Virus record (IMG/VR): IMGVR_UViG_3300029309_000050
Coordinates: 1-55,857 of that record
DNA length: 55,857 nucleotides
Direction: 5' to 3' (one strand)
Source of the DNA: a virus
Taxonomy: Duplodnaviria; Caudoviricetes
Under the pieces are notes generated by a model. That model ran no database searches. It saw only the letters and a program-made list of their open reading frames with translations, and was not told the DNA's origin. Shown one piece after another: positions 23,906 through 34,800 of this stretch; the first letter of the stretch is position 1, and each line of letters opens with the position of its first letter. A program made the position numbers and the translations under genes.

Positions 23906-25602
23906 TGTGGAATAAAAATTGGAAAAAAGGAATTGATTACCCTGAATGGGGAGATACAGATGTTTATAAAAAAACAATATCTGGTGGCTATTTATTTAAC
24001 GGTGAATCACCTAGAGATGCTTATATGCGTGTTGCAACTAAAGTCGCTAAAAGATTGTATAAGCCAGAAATGACTGAAACGTTTTTTGAATATATCTGGA
24101 ACGGTTGGTTATGTTTAGCTTCACCTGTGTTATCTAATACTGGTTTAGATAGAGGCTTGCCTATTAGTTGTTTTGGTATTGACGTTGCTGATAGCATACA
24201 AGATATTGGACAAAAAAATTTAGAAATGATGCTACTCGCAAAACACGGCGGCGGAGTTGGCATTGGTATAAATATGATTAGACCCGCCGGAGCAAATATT
24301 ACAGGAAATGGAACATCAGACGGAGTTGTACCCTTCTGCAAGATTTATGATTCAACAATTCTTGCAACAAACCAAGGATCAGTTAGAAGAGGAGCTGCAA
24401 GTGTCAATATCAACATTGAACACGACGATTTTGAAGAGTGGCTTGAAATACGAGAACCTAAAGGAGACGTTAACAGACAATCGCTTAACTTACATCAGTG
24501 CGCAGTTGTTGGTGACAAGTTTATGCGAAAACTTGAACAAGGAGATGAAGAAGCAAGGCGTAAATGGAGTAAACTGCTTAGAAAAAGAAAAGCAACTGGA
24601 GAGCCGTATATCTTGTTTAAAGGAAATACTAACAAAGCAAATCCAAAAGCATACAAAGACAACGCACTAAAAGTGCATATGACTAATATATGTAGCGAGA
24701 TAGTATTGCACACAGATGAATCTCATAGTTTTGTTTGCTGCTTATCAAGTTTAAATATAGCTAAATATGATGAATGGAAAAATACGAACATTATACATGA
24801 CAGTATATGGTTTCTTGATGGCGTTTTGGAAGAGTTTATACAACGCGCTAAATATAGAAAAGGTTTCGAAAATGCAGTTAGATCTGCAGAAAAAGGTCGT
24901 GCCTTGGGCTTGGGTGTTCTTGGCTGGCACACTTATCTACAGGAAAAAAATATACCATTTGAAGGTTTACTTGCTCAATTTGAAACAAGAAAAATATTTT
25001 CACAAATTAAAATCGAAAGTGAAAGGGCTAGTAGAGCATTGGCAGAAATATACGGAGAACCTCTTTGGTGTCGTGGAACTGGTCTTCGTAATACTCACTT
25101 ACGCGCTGTTGCTCCTACTGTTAGCAATAGCAAGCTTAGCGGGAATGTGTCGCCGGGTATTGAGCCGTGGGCGGCAAATGTTTTCACGGAACAGTCTGCT
25201 AAAGGTACTTTCATACGTAAAAATCCGACACTAGTTAAAGTATTAAGAAAACATAAACTCAACAACAAAGACACATGGGATCAAATATTAAAAGACGGAG
25301 GTTCCGTACAAAATTTAGAAGGATTAGACGAAAATACAAAAGAAGTATTCAAAACTTTTAAAGAAATAAATCAGCTAGAATTAGTTAAACAAGCAGGATT
25401 AAGACAACAATATGTTGACCAATCTGTTAGTTTAAATCTAGCGTTTCCAAATACAGCATCTCCTAAATGGCTAAATAAGGTACATATAGAAGCCTGGAAA
25501 AATGGTATTAAAACTTTGTATTATATGCGTACGGAATCTGTACTAAGGGGAGATATTGCTGATAAAGCAATGAGTGAAGATTGTATTGCCTGTGATGGTT
25601 AA
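23905..25602 (+). CDS. nrdA: Ribonucleotide reductase class I alpha subunit
   Basis: ISCF, GGGVG, TNICSEI, CCLSS, APTVSNS, DQSVSLN, KTLYY, C-terminal CIAC; no ATP cone. Confidence 0.95.
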   Translation: MWNKNWKKGIDYPEWGDTDVYKKTISGGYLFNGESPRDAYMRVATKVAKRLYKPEMTETFFEYIWNGWLCLASPVLSNTGLDRGLPISCFGIDVADSIQDIGQKNLEMMLLAKHGGGVGIGINMIRPAGANITGNGTSDGVVPFCKIYDSTILATNQGSVRRGAASVNINIEHDDFEEWLEIREPKGDVNRQSLNLHQCAVVGDKFMRKLEQGDEEARRKWSKLLRKRKATGEPYILFKGNTNKANPKAYKDNALKVHMTNICSEIVLHTDESHSFVCCLSSLNIAKYDEWKNTNIIHDSIWFLDGVLEEFIQRAKYRKGFENAVRSAEKGRALGLGVLGWHTYLQEKNIPFEGLLAQFETRKIFSQIKIESERASRALAEIYGEPLWCRGTGLRNTHLRAVAPTVSNSKLSGNVSPGIEPWAANVFTEQSAKGTFIRKNPTLVKVLRKHKLNNKDTWDQILKDGGSVQNLEGLDENTKEVFKTFKEINQLELVKQAGLRQQYVDQSVSLNLAFPNTASPKWLNKVHIEAWKNGIKTLYYMRTESVLRGDIADKAMSEDCIACDG

Positions 25603-26063
25603 ATAACTTTATATTTAGTTTTATTATTAGAATCTCTATACGCTTTTAAGCATCTATTACGATTGTCATCTTCATTTACATAAGACACGTGAACCCAGTC
25701 AGGATTTTCATCCGTACCAAATTCCCATATCATTTGATCATAATCCAAATTATTTCTAATAAAGTTAAACATTTCAGCATTAGTAGCGTATGCGTAAGTG
25801 TCATCAATATCAATTGCCTGCCCTTTACAATGCTGTGATTTTGTTGACCCGCCAATTGCTTTATTAAGTTCAGGCGAACGATAGAATGAATTAATCTTTA
25901 TAGGGCCATTTACGTGCTTTCTAAGAGGCTCAAATATTTTTTCAGCAATCAACTCCATATTAGATAATTCGTCGCCTGTGGGCGTGTTATCTATTCCTAA
26001 TCTTTTTGCTGTAATGCTATACACTCCTTCTTTATAGCTTACGTTTTCACTTATTTTTTTCAT
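25599..26063 (-). CDS. Endolysin, peptidase M15 family
   Basis: SFYRSPELNKAIGG...SQHCKGQAIDI...WVHVS. Confidence 0.85.
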   Translation of the reverse strand: MKKISENVSYKEGVYSITAKRLGIDNTPTGDELSNMELIAEKIFEPLRKHVNGPIKINSFYRSPELNKAIGGSTKSQHCKGQAIDIDDTYAYATNAEMFNFIRNNLDYDQMIWEFGTDENPDWVHVSYVNEDDNRNRCLKAYRDSNNKTKYKVI

Positions 26064-26095
26064 TTACAAATACAAATTGGACAATACGGACACAT
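26060..26095 (-). CDS. Cys-rich 11-aa micropeptide MCPYCPICICK
   Basis: Fills the gap between genes; ATGA overlap with endolysin start; leader AATTATG like other starts. Confidence 0.45.
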   Translation of the reverse strand: MCPYCPICICK

Positions 26096-26099
26096 AATT

Positions 26100-26510
26100 T
26101 TAAAATTTACTTGCTGTGTTAACTTCATTTATTGCTTCTTGAATTTCTTCTATTGTTACGGGTAATTCTAAATCTAATCCCGCTTTCCATGAATTTTCTT
26201 TAAATCCATCTTTAAATAATATTATTGTTGGCGCCATACGAACTTTATATTTTTTTTTAGCACTTGGTGCTTTTGCTAAATCAACTCTATAATATAAAGC
26301 GTTTTCTATTTTATTCCAGTCATTTAAACAATTCGCTTCATTAAATTTAGCCCAAAATTCTATAACTACGGGTAAATTATTATCATCACCAAAAGCTTTT
26401 TTTTCATTTATTTTATCTTCAAAATTATTATCGTCAATCCAATATTCATTTGGCACATCAGATTGAGTAAAAGATAAAAAAGGTATTAAAATTAAAATTA
26501 AATATTTCAT
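26100..26510 (-). CDS. Exported thioredoxin-fold protein lacking CxxC
   Basis: Signal peptide; VVIEFWAKFN in place of WCxxC; YRVD...KYKVRMAPTIILFKDG with cis-Pro loop. Confidence 0.7.
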   Translation of the reverse strand: MKYLILILIPFLSFTQSDVPNEYWIDDNNFEDKINEKKAFGDDNNLPVVIEFWAKFNEANCLNDWNKIENALYYRVDLAKAPSAKKKYKVRMAPTIILFKDGFKENSWKAGLDLELPVTIEEIQEAINEVNTASKF

Positions 26511-26512
26511 TA

Positions 26513-26794
26513 TTAATCTTTTTGTAATTCGTATAGTCTTTCGTCTATTTTTTCTAAACTTTCTTTAATTTCTTCAACATCTTCTTGAGTGTCCATAATA
26601 GTTTGACGTATTAATTCATCTTTTAAATCATACTCTATTCTATCAATCACAGGGGCAGGTAATTCTTTTGCTTCAGCTATATCAGCTTGTAAAGCAAACC
26701 ACATACCAACTAAGGCGGCTATACCAGCACCTATTGTACCTAATGTTTTTAAATCGAGTGTTACTTTAGTTTCTTCTGATAGTTCTTTTGCCAT
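26513..26794 (-). CDS. Membrane-anchored coiled-coil protein
   Basis: One TM helix then heptad-rich C-terminus. Confidence 0.65.
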   Translation of the reverse strand: MAKELSEETKVTLDLKTLGTIGAGIAALVGMWFALQADIAEAKELPAPVIDRIEYDLKDELIRQTIMDTQEDVEEIKESLEKIDERLYELQKD

Positions 26795-26796
26795 GA

Positions 26797-27975
26797 TTAT
26801 CTAAATGTAAAATTTATTCCAAGGTTTGAGTTAAACATTTCTGAATCCCAAAATTTAGTATATTCACCTTCAACAAATAAACCAATTGCTTTACTTATTT
26901 TAACACCAAATACCAAACCAGCTTGGTAATCAGACCATTGTTCACCTTCTAGTAAATCGTTATGTCCACCTTTACCCCAACTATTTCTATGTAGATAACT
27001 AAAATCTTCGTTACCTTGTACGTATTTATGATAAGGTAATATCCAGCTGCCGTATGTGTGAAGCCAGAAATTATTTTTATAATGATAAAAATCAAATCCA
27101 ACAATAGGTGCAACTTCAGCAAAAGCATCCAGCTCAGCCCAAGCTTCTTTATTATATCTATTTAATAATCCAGGCATTATAAGGTCTCTGAACTGTCTAT
27201 CAGTCCAAGCTACTATATTACCCTCTGGATCAGTCCAATACCAATCAAAAATACTACCGCCATTTTCATCTGAACCTTGATACCACCAATCGTCATAACC
27301 GTATTCAAACCCTAATGTGTACCACGGATTTAACGCATCGCCATTTTCATCTTCCATGTTTAGCCATATTTCTACAGGATTATAACCGTAAGGGCGTTGA
27401 TGTGTTCTATATATTGCGCCAGCAGATATACTAAACTTTTTTCCGATAGGTAATCTAGCTCTTATTTCACCAGACATATATTCAAAATCTATTTTGCCGG
27501 TTTCTCTAGCTTCAAATTTAGCTATATGATAATTACCAGTATGTCTAACAAATAATCTTTTATTATCAAATTCATTACCATTATGTCTTTCCTTTTCCCA
27601 GTGTAACAAATATTCTAAACCTTTTACAGCTGATGTAGGTGCTGATAAACCAACTTGTTTTTCTACTTTATTATCTCCTGTCCAAAAATTACCAGGTTTT
27701 ACCTCATAATCAAAACGAGCTAATTTACGAATACCAAATCCATATCTATAATTAAATGGATGATATTGAGCTCTATCCTCAACTTGAGGTATACCGTAAA
27801 AATCTTCGGGATCTGTACGTATAAAATAATTTGGCTGCACAGCTTGTGCATTTTCTATATTACCAGCAGCATAAAATGTACCGTACTTTAAGAAATCGTT
27901 ATATACTTCTTTAAAAAATTGACCGTTAATATTAAAGGATATTAATAGTATTAATATGGTTAAAATATTTTTCAT
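26797..27975 (-). CDS. Exported, probable outer-membrane beta-barrel protein
   Basis: Signal peptide; aromatic-rich alternating strands; C-terminal LGINFTFR resembling a beta-signal. Confidence 0.6.
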   Translation of the reverse strand: MKNILTILILLISFNINGQFFKEVYNDFLKYGTFYAAGNIENAQAVQPNYFIRTDPEDFYGIPQVEDRAQYHPFNYRYGFGIRKLARFDYEVKPGNFWTGDNKVEKQVGLSAPTSAVKGLEYLLHWEKERHNGNEFDNKRLFVRHTGNYHIAKFEARETGKIDFEYMSGEIRARLPIGKKFSISAGAIYRTHQRPYGYNPVEIWLNMEDENGDALNPWYTLGFEYGYDDWWYQGSDENGGSIFDWYWTDPEGNIVAWTDRQFRDLIMPGLLNRYNKEAWAELDAFAEVAPIVGFDFYHYKNNFWLHTYGSWILPYHKYVQGNEDFSYLHRNSWGKGGHNDLLEGEQWSDYQAGLVFGVKISKAIGLFVEGEYTKFWDSEMFNSNLGINFTFR

Positions 27976-27994
27976 GTGTGACTTTAGTTTATTA

Positions 27995-28007
27995 TTTATT
28001 ATTACTT
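27995..28007 (-). promoter_or_regulatory. Motif B promoter candidate (AAGTAATAATAAA)
   Basis: Upstream of barrel-thioredoxin-endolysin operon. Confidence 0.45.
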
Positions 28008-28284
28008 ATTTTCTTCTTCTTTTAACGTTTTTTACTCTTCTTGGTTTACCAGCTGGTTGCCCTAATCTTTTTTTCTCAGCTATTTTAGCTCTTTTTTCAG
28101 ATGATGACATTTCAGATGCTGTTTTTGGTGTTTTACTTGATACTCGTTTACTTGGTCTACAATACGGTGTACCTCTTTTTTCGCCTTTACGTCTACCACA
28201 AGGTTTACCGGTTCTTACGTCAACCCATTTTTCTTTAAACCAACGTTTAAGCGCTAATCCTTTTTTAGTTTTTCTTACCGCCAT
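28006..28284 (-). CDS. Small basic protein
   Basis: LKRWFKEKWVDV...CGR...PYCRPSKRVS.KTPKT, a type I recognise from marine viruses. Confidence 0.75.
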   Translation of the reverse strand: MAVRKTKKGLALKRWFKEKWVDVRTGKPCGRRKGEKRGTPYCRPSKRVSSKTPKTASEMSSSEKRAKIAEKKRLGQPAGKPRRVKNVKRRRK

Positions 28285-28552
28285 GTTTTCTTTTTAATGC
28301 AGCTTTACATCTTTTAGCAATAGCTGCTTGTTTAGGTTTTTTACCAAATCTTGATCTTTGTTCCATTACAGTTAATATCTGTATTTTACGCGCATAAGGT
28401 TTACTTATACCCTTAACTTTAGCACAAGTAGCTCTAGCATCTGCTACAGTCGCATATTTTATGCTAACTGTGTCTTTTGGATTTTCATCCGTGTATAAAC
28501 GCCTGCCAGAGCCTTTTGGTTTTTTGCCTGTGCCTTTTATTGGATCAGCCAT
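28265..28552 (-). CDS. Small basic protein
   Basis: GTGKKPKGSGRRLYTDENPKDTVSIK...RKIQILTVMEQR. Confidence 0.75.
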   Translation of the reverse strand: MADPIKGTGKKPKGSGRRLYTDENPKDTVSIKYATVADARATCAKVKGISKPYARKIQILTVMEQRSRFGKKPKQAAIAKRCKAALKRKHGGKKN

Positions 28553-28555
28553 TAT

Positions 28556-28714
28556 TTATTTTTTCATTGGACTATGACCACATCCCATTTTTTTAAACAT
28601 TAAATGTTGTTCATATGTTTTTGCCATATTAGTTTCTTTTGCCTTTCCAGTTTTAACAACTTTTTTTGGACAATACATTTTATGTGGTTTAAAATTTGCT
28701 TTATCTTTTTTCAT
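28556..28714 (-). CDS. Small basic protein (52 aa, not in ORF track)
   Basis: FKPHKMYC...AKTYEQHLMFKKMGCGH. Confidence 0.6.
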   Translation of the reverse strand: MKKDKANFKPHKMYCPKKVVKTGKAKETNMAKTYEQHLMFKKMGCGHSPMKK

Positions 28715-28851
28715 TTTTTTGATTTTTTAGATGATTTACCATAATTTGCGGCACCCACTTTTCTACATTTTGCGATAGCACCGCTAGCGTATGCAGAAGG
28801 AAATACTTTATACCTTGCCTTTACTTTGTAATAACATGCGTCTTTTGCCAT
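28711..28851 (-). CDS. Small basic protein (46 aa, not in ORF track)
   Basis: MAKDACYYKVKARYKVFPSAYASGAIAKCRKVGAANYG. Confidence 0.7.
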   Translation of the reverse strand: MAKDACYYKVKARYKVFPSAYASGAIAKCRKVGAANYGKSSKKSKK

Positions 28852-28854
28852 AAT

Positions 28855-31800
28855 TTACCAACTTTTTTTACCCCAGGTATTTTTACCCCATGGATTTTTT
28901 CTTTTTTCTTTTTTATTTAAATCTACGTCAAGCTGCCATGCCGGCCAGCCTAACGCAATCATAATTTTTTTCCAAAACTCAACATCTGCTCTTGACATAT
29001 ACATAACATCGTCCATAGTTTGTACCGCTCTATCAAAAGGTATATTTGTTCCAGCAGCGGCTAATTTTGCAATAGCCATATTAGCGGGATTTTCAAATGA
29101 TAATCCTTCGCTTTTAATTTTTTTCATTTCATAACTAAATGTATATCCCGCTTCTCTTAGCTTTTTGTATTTTGAACTAACAGGCGGAGATACATCAAAT
29201 ATATTATCCGCAACTTCAAAATATTTAGGATTAGATAATTCACTTTTTCTTATTACATCTCTAATCATATTTTTACCTACCGCGGCAAAATTACCCATAA
29301 ACCCAGATCCTCTTAATATAGAATCCGCCATTTGATTTGCTATATCTGCATATTTTTGTCTTTCTCTTTCAGTATCTACATCATCATCAAATCCCATAGC
29401 GATTAGAGCTTGCTGCATTGCATTAAAGAAAAAGTTTTGTACAAATCCATAATAAGCTATTTTAGACATATTGGTTTTCCAATCCCCTCTGCCATTTGCT
29501 AAATCTTGTATAGCTCTTTTCATTAATCTATTGTATTGCATAGGCGTATTAGCAAATGCTAAAAGTATTCTTCCCCCTATGCTTGCTTGTTGTGCAGATA
29601 TTCTATCAGGTCTACTAGACTGTTGAGCTTCTTCAGTTAGTTCTCTAAAATCAGTAAAAGCTTTTTCTTGAGCTTCTTGTTCAGATAAACCTTGTTTTTC
29701 ATAAGTTTTTATTCTATTTCTATACATTGTTGCACCACCTGAAGCAATAGCAAAACTATCCGCAATTCTTGTTAATATAAACCCTTTGTCTAATAAATAA
29801 GATATAGCACCTTGTACACCACCTTTATTAGCCATCTCCGCTATTTCATTTTCATTAATATTAATTCTATTACCTCCTCTTCTATTTTGAAGATAACTAG
29901 AATTAAATATTGTTACGAAATCTTTCCAATATTGTGGCTGATTTGCAAATGCAGCACCTGCTCTTAATATATTATTATCACTCCAATTTATATAGTTTAC
30001 ATTAGATATTAATTGTAATACCGACGAGCGTCTATTAAGGAACATTATATTACCAACTGCAGAATTCAACCATATTAAATAATTATCAATACTTTTATTT
30101 CCTGTTGTTAATCTATTGTTGCCAGTTTTCATTCTTTTTAAAATATTTTGCAAAGCATCAACATAATTAGCTCCAAAAGCAGCCTCTAATTTATTATAAT
30201 TTTCTTGAGTAAATATAGCGTTTATATTTTCTTGCCATTTTTTTAAATGATATTCTCTTACGTTAGTCTGTATATTTGTTTGTAAATCTAAAGTTATATT
30301 ACCAACATCCCATGCTGCAGAAGGTTTTACATAACCTGCAGGACCATTTATTACTAATAATTGTCTTGCAAAGTCTCGTAATTCTTTGTTATCAAAAACA
30401 TATTTGTTAAGCATTTTATTGTCAGATTTAGTAAGGCCGGGTATGTCCATTCCTTGTTTATTCCAAATATAAACTCTTATTGCATCTTCAAAAGTAAAAA
30501 CTCCATCAGGTGTTTTATTACGTAATTGTTTAGGAACGTTACTAATTTTTTTCTTAAGCTCTTTCCATCTACTCATTAACGCAGCTCTTTCGTTATCTAT
30601 ATTTTCATTAGCTATGCCAAACGGCCTAAATAGATTATTTTTCATCCAAGCAAAAGCTTTATTTCCTTGCTCACCTTTGGGCAGTACTTGATACATTAAA
30701 CCTTGAAAATCTTCTGCGCCGTAAGGTATAAACATATTCATTATACCTGTTTTAGCTCTTTTTCCTCTTTTTCTACCTATAACTGGACTTATAACGGCGG
30801 CCGCATCAATACCTGTTGATTGTTCTATAATATTATTAAATTCAATGTCTAATTTTTGTGATTCTTTACTAAAATCAAGCATTCCTGTAGCTTTTTCAAA
30901 ATCCGGTCTTGAAAATAATATAGAGGCATCTAAATCTTTTCCTTTATTAACTAAAAAGTTACTTCCTCTTAATACTAAAGTTACTTTGCCATCGGCTCTT
31001 GTTCCGCTTGATCTTAAAGATATATATACGCCGGCTTTAGCATTAAATACAGGGACATTTAATTTTGATTGACCTTGGCCCATATAATATAAACCTTTAT
31101 TACCTATATATATATATTCTATACCTTTATCGCGATAAAATTTAGTTATTTTGCTAGCGTCCTCAAATACTATTCTTTGATTTCTTTTTCTACCGCTAAA
31201 TTCTTTTTTAAGTATATTCCAGGTATCTAAATCATATTCAGTTTGAGGAAATTTAAAAGGTATTTCTTCACCTTGTATTTCTTCAGCTCTTTCATGCATT
31301 TTAATATATATATCTAAATTTGCTGCAACATCTGGCAACATACTAAACAACTGCTTGTTTGTTACCGTAAAATTTCCAAGCTCATCTACTTTTATACTTC
31401 CACTTCCAGCTTGATCTGATCCGTTTAATTTAACTTCTACTGGAATACTAATTTTACCTTGATTTTTAGTTTCAATTATTAATCTAATATCTGTTCCTGT
31501 TGGTCCCATTTTACCGTCGCCTCTAGCTGTTAAAATATCAGATGCTTTATCGTTTATTACTTTTACTTGAAAAGCTTCAAAAGTTACTCCTTTAAATGCT
31601 TTTGGTACATTTAAACCTAATCTTTTAGCTTCATTAACTATTTGTTTATATACATTAGGAAATTTTTCTTGAATAGTATTATCTAATATAGCTCTTCTAA
31701 TTTCATATAATAGCTGCGCGTTATTAGCTTCTTTACTAAATTGAAAATCTACACCTCTATCAATTTTTGATGCTACCTGAGATAAATAATTGTCAGCTAT

Positions 31801-34800
31801 ATCTATTTCTTGCATACTAGCAACTACTTTAACTTTTTCAAGTATTGCAGGATTTCTTAATACATCTAATGTAGCATCAAATGCTATTTCTTGCGCTAAA
31901 CTTTCTGATAAAGCTGTTTTTCTAGCTCCTCTTGTAGAAGCTTTAACTTCAGGCCCAATAAAATAATCAATAAATTCTTGTTTAGTTATTTTCTTTTTCT
32001 TAAATATTTTATTTCCTTGCTGAGTTCTTTCTCTTAACTGTTTACCATTTTCATCAACAACTGGCTCTGCAAACGGAGCAAATCTTCTATTTATAGTTGA
32101 TTGAGGTAAAATATCATATATTAATTTAAAATTATTATCAAGAAAATTTCTATAACTTTGATCTGTTCCTAAAACACTATTAATAGTTGGTTTTAAAAAT
32201 GTTTTATAGTTACTAATTAATTTTTTCTTAAACTGATTTGAAGCAATATCCGGTAGTCTTGTCCCAAAAGTTTTTATTACGGCATCTCTAACCTTATCAA
32301 TAACATCTTGTGTTAAATTTAAAGATAATCTTAAGCTTGGTCTTTGTTCTTGCTCTTGTACTTCACTTGTTGTTATTGCTCCTGATATATTTTTTTGTTC
32401 AGTAATGTCTACTGCAAAATTCGTATCTAAATTTCTATTAGCTATTTCAATTACCCTAGAAGGTAAAAACTTATTTATATAAGCGGCTAATGGCACGCCG
32501 GAACCGGGGTTATAAGATCGTATTAAATCGATAACACCTCTTCTACCTGTTAATATATCATCAACAAGTATATCTTTCATAGTAGCAAAACCAGGAACGT
32601 CTCTGAAGCGTTGAGCATGTTTATTAGCCATGCCCTCATATTCATTTATTATATCTAAAGCTCCATCAAACCCTTTAGTTTCATATATATTTTGTATTTT
32701 ATTAGATATTTCGGATTTTTGTATATTATCACCAATTGCTTTAGCTTCTTTTACCGCTTTTAAATCTAAAGCCCCTAATACATCTTTATTTAGTTTACCG
32801 TCTTTAATGCTTTTATCATATGCTTTTAAAAAATTATAAACACCCCTACCGCTTCTAAAATCAATATTTTTAAATCCTTTACCTTTATATAAACTAGTTA
32901 AAAATTCTTTTATTGATTCTCCAAAATTTAAATCAAAAGTAAGCCCGCTCCCGGGTTTTGCAAGACCTTCTGAAAACACAGTTATATATTCTTGATAATA
33001 TTCTGAAGTACCTTTAACTTTGTTTTGTCTTTCCATTTCATTATCAGTCCATCTTCTTTGCCTGCGCGTTAATGTATTTCTAAAATCTTCAACAATTGTT
33101 TGTTGAGCCTGTGTATTACCTATCATTGCATTTAATATTGGATGCAATATTTCGTGAGAACCTACACCAACAGCGCCTAATTTTAAAGCAACATCTTCAT
33201 TAATAACTATTTGGCCTTTTCCAATAAATACACCATTAACACCGCTAGAATCTTTTATTGTTTGACCGCTTAAATCTTTTACTATTTTATTAAATTCATT
33301 AGTATTTTTTGCTCTTTTAATTTTTTTAAAACCTAATTGTTTAGCGGCAACTTCAGCAAATGTTATATTTTCACCATAATTTTTTGTAAGAGCTGTATTA
33401 AATATATTATTATTTTCCTCAACTAATTCGTTAATTTCTTTTTGAATAACCTTATCTAAACCAGCTATAGTTGTAATATCTTTTGTTTTATTTTCTTTTA
33501 TAAGTGCATTTATAGCATCAACATTTTGTGAATATTTTTGTAAATCAACTCCAGTAATATTTTCTAATATTAACCTATTTGCTATTTGTATTTCATTTAG
33601 TTTTTTAAGAACAATTGTATTTCTTCCTTTTAATGCACTAATTACATTCGGATTTCCAGCTGGGCCAATTTGTTTTCCATCTTTATCTTTACCCTTAAGT
33701 TGTTTAATTTTTTCTAATCTATCATTGTATTCTTTAAGTAAAGCATTTCTTTTTTCTCTAACAGTTGCTGGCATCATTAATTCTTGAGCCCTTGTATACA
33801 AAGTTTGATTAGATTGTAAAGTTTTACCAACTGTTGTTACACCCCCACCCGTAAATGTTCCTATAATACCTTCATCAATAATACTATAAATATCTTTTAA
33901 TATAGAGCCTTTAACTATATTTCCATTTTCATCTATTTCACCAAATATACTTCCTTTATTAAACGTTAGCTTGCCATTTTCAAATTTACTATCAAATGTC
34001 ATTCTATCATTTATTCTTGTTAAAATAGCTTGTCCTATTTCAGTAGCGCCTTCTTTTAATCCAACACCTATAACATCAATTACTTTATCACGAAGTCCTT
34101 TTTGCATTTCATTAACAGCTTTTTCTGCTGCTTTTTTTCCGCTGCCACCTAAAACATTTGCGCTTCTTAAAAATCTTCTTGTAAGATAAGCATCTGCAAC
34201 TTCAATTGCGCCCGTACCAGCAGCATTAATGCCTAATCTAAATAAACTTTTATCAGGATCTTTTTCAAATTCTTGTATAAATTTGTCAGCACCTAACCCT
34301 ATACCCATTGCTGCAGCAGTATATGGGTTCATTGAAGCTAAAGTATAAGGTAAACTACCTATTCCATCTGCAAATATTCTTCCACCAATCGTTGCCCAAT
34401 CAGCATCCATTCCTTTAGCTATTTCTTCAGTAATTGTAGTGTTATGTTGTTTAATATGCCCTTTTAAATATTCTTGAGCTTTATCAATATTTTCTCTGCT
34501 TGTTAATCCTGAAAAAGCACCTAAAGGACCTAAACCAGTTGACTCATAAAGTTTGTCTTGAGCTTTTATTGCTTGTTTTGCAATAATTCCAATCATTCTT
34601 TTTTCATTTGCAGATAACTTAGATTTACCCGCTTTATACTGTGTATACCATGAAAGACCATATATAGCGCCCATTTCTTTTAAATCGTTCATGTTATCAA
34701 AAACCATTTCAAGAGATGTATCTGCAAATTTAGGTAAAGCTTCAACTGCATTATTAAAAAATCCTCTTGGATCTTCTATTAGTCCTCTAGTAGCAGCATA

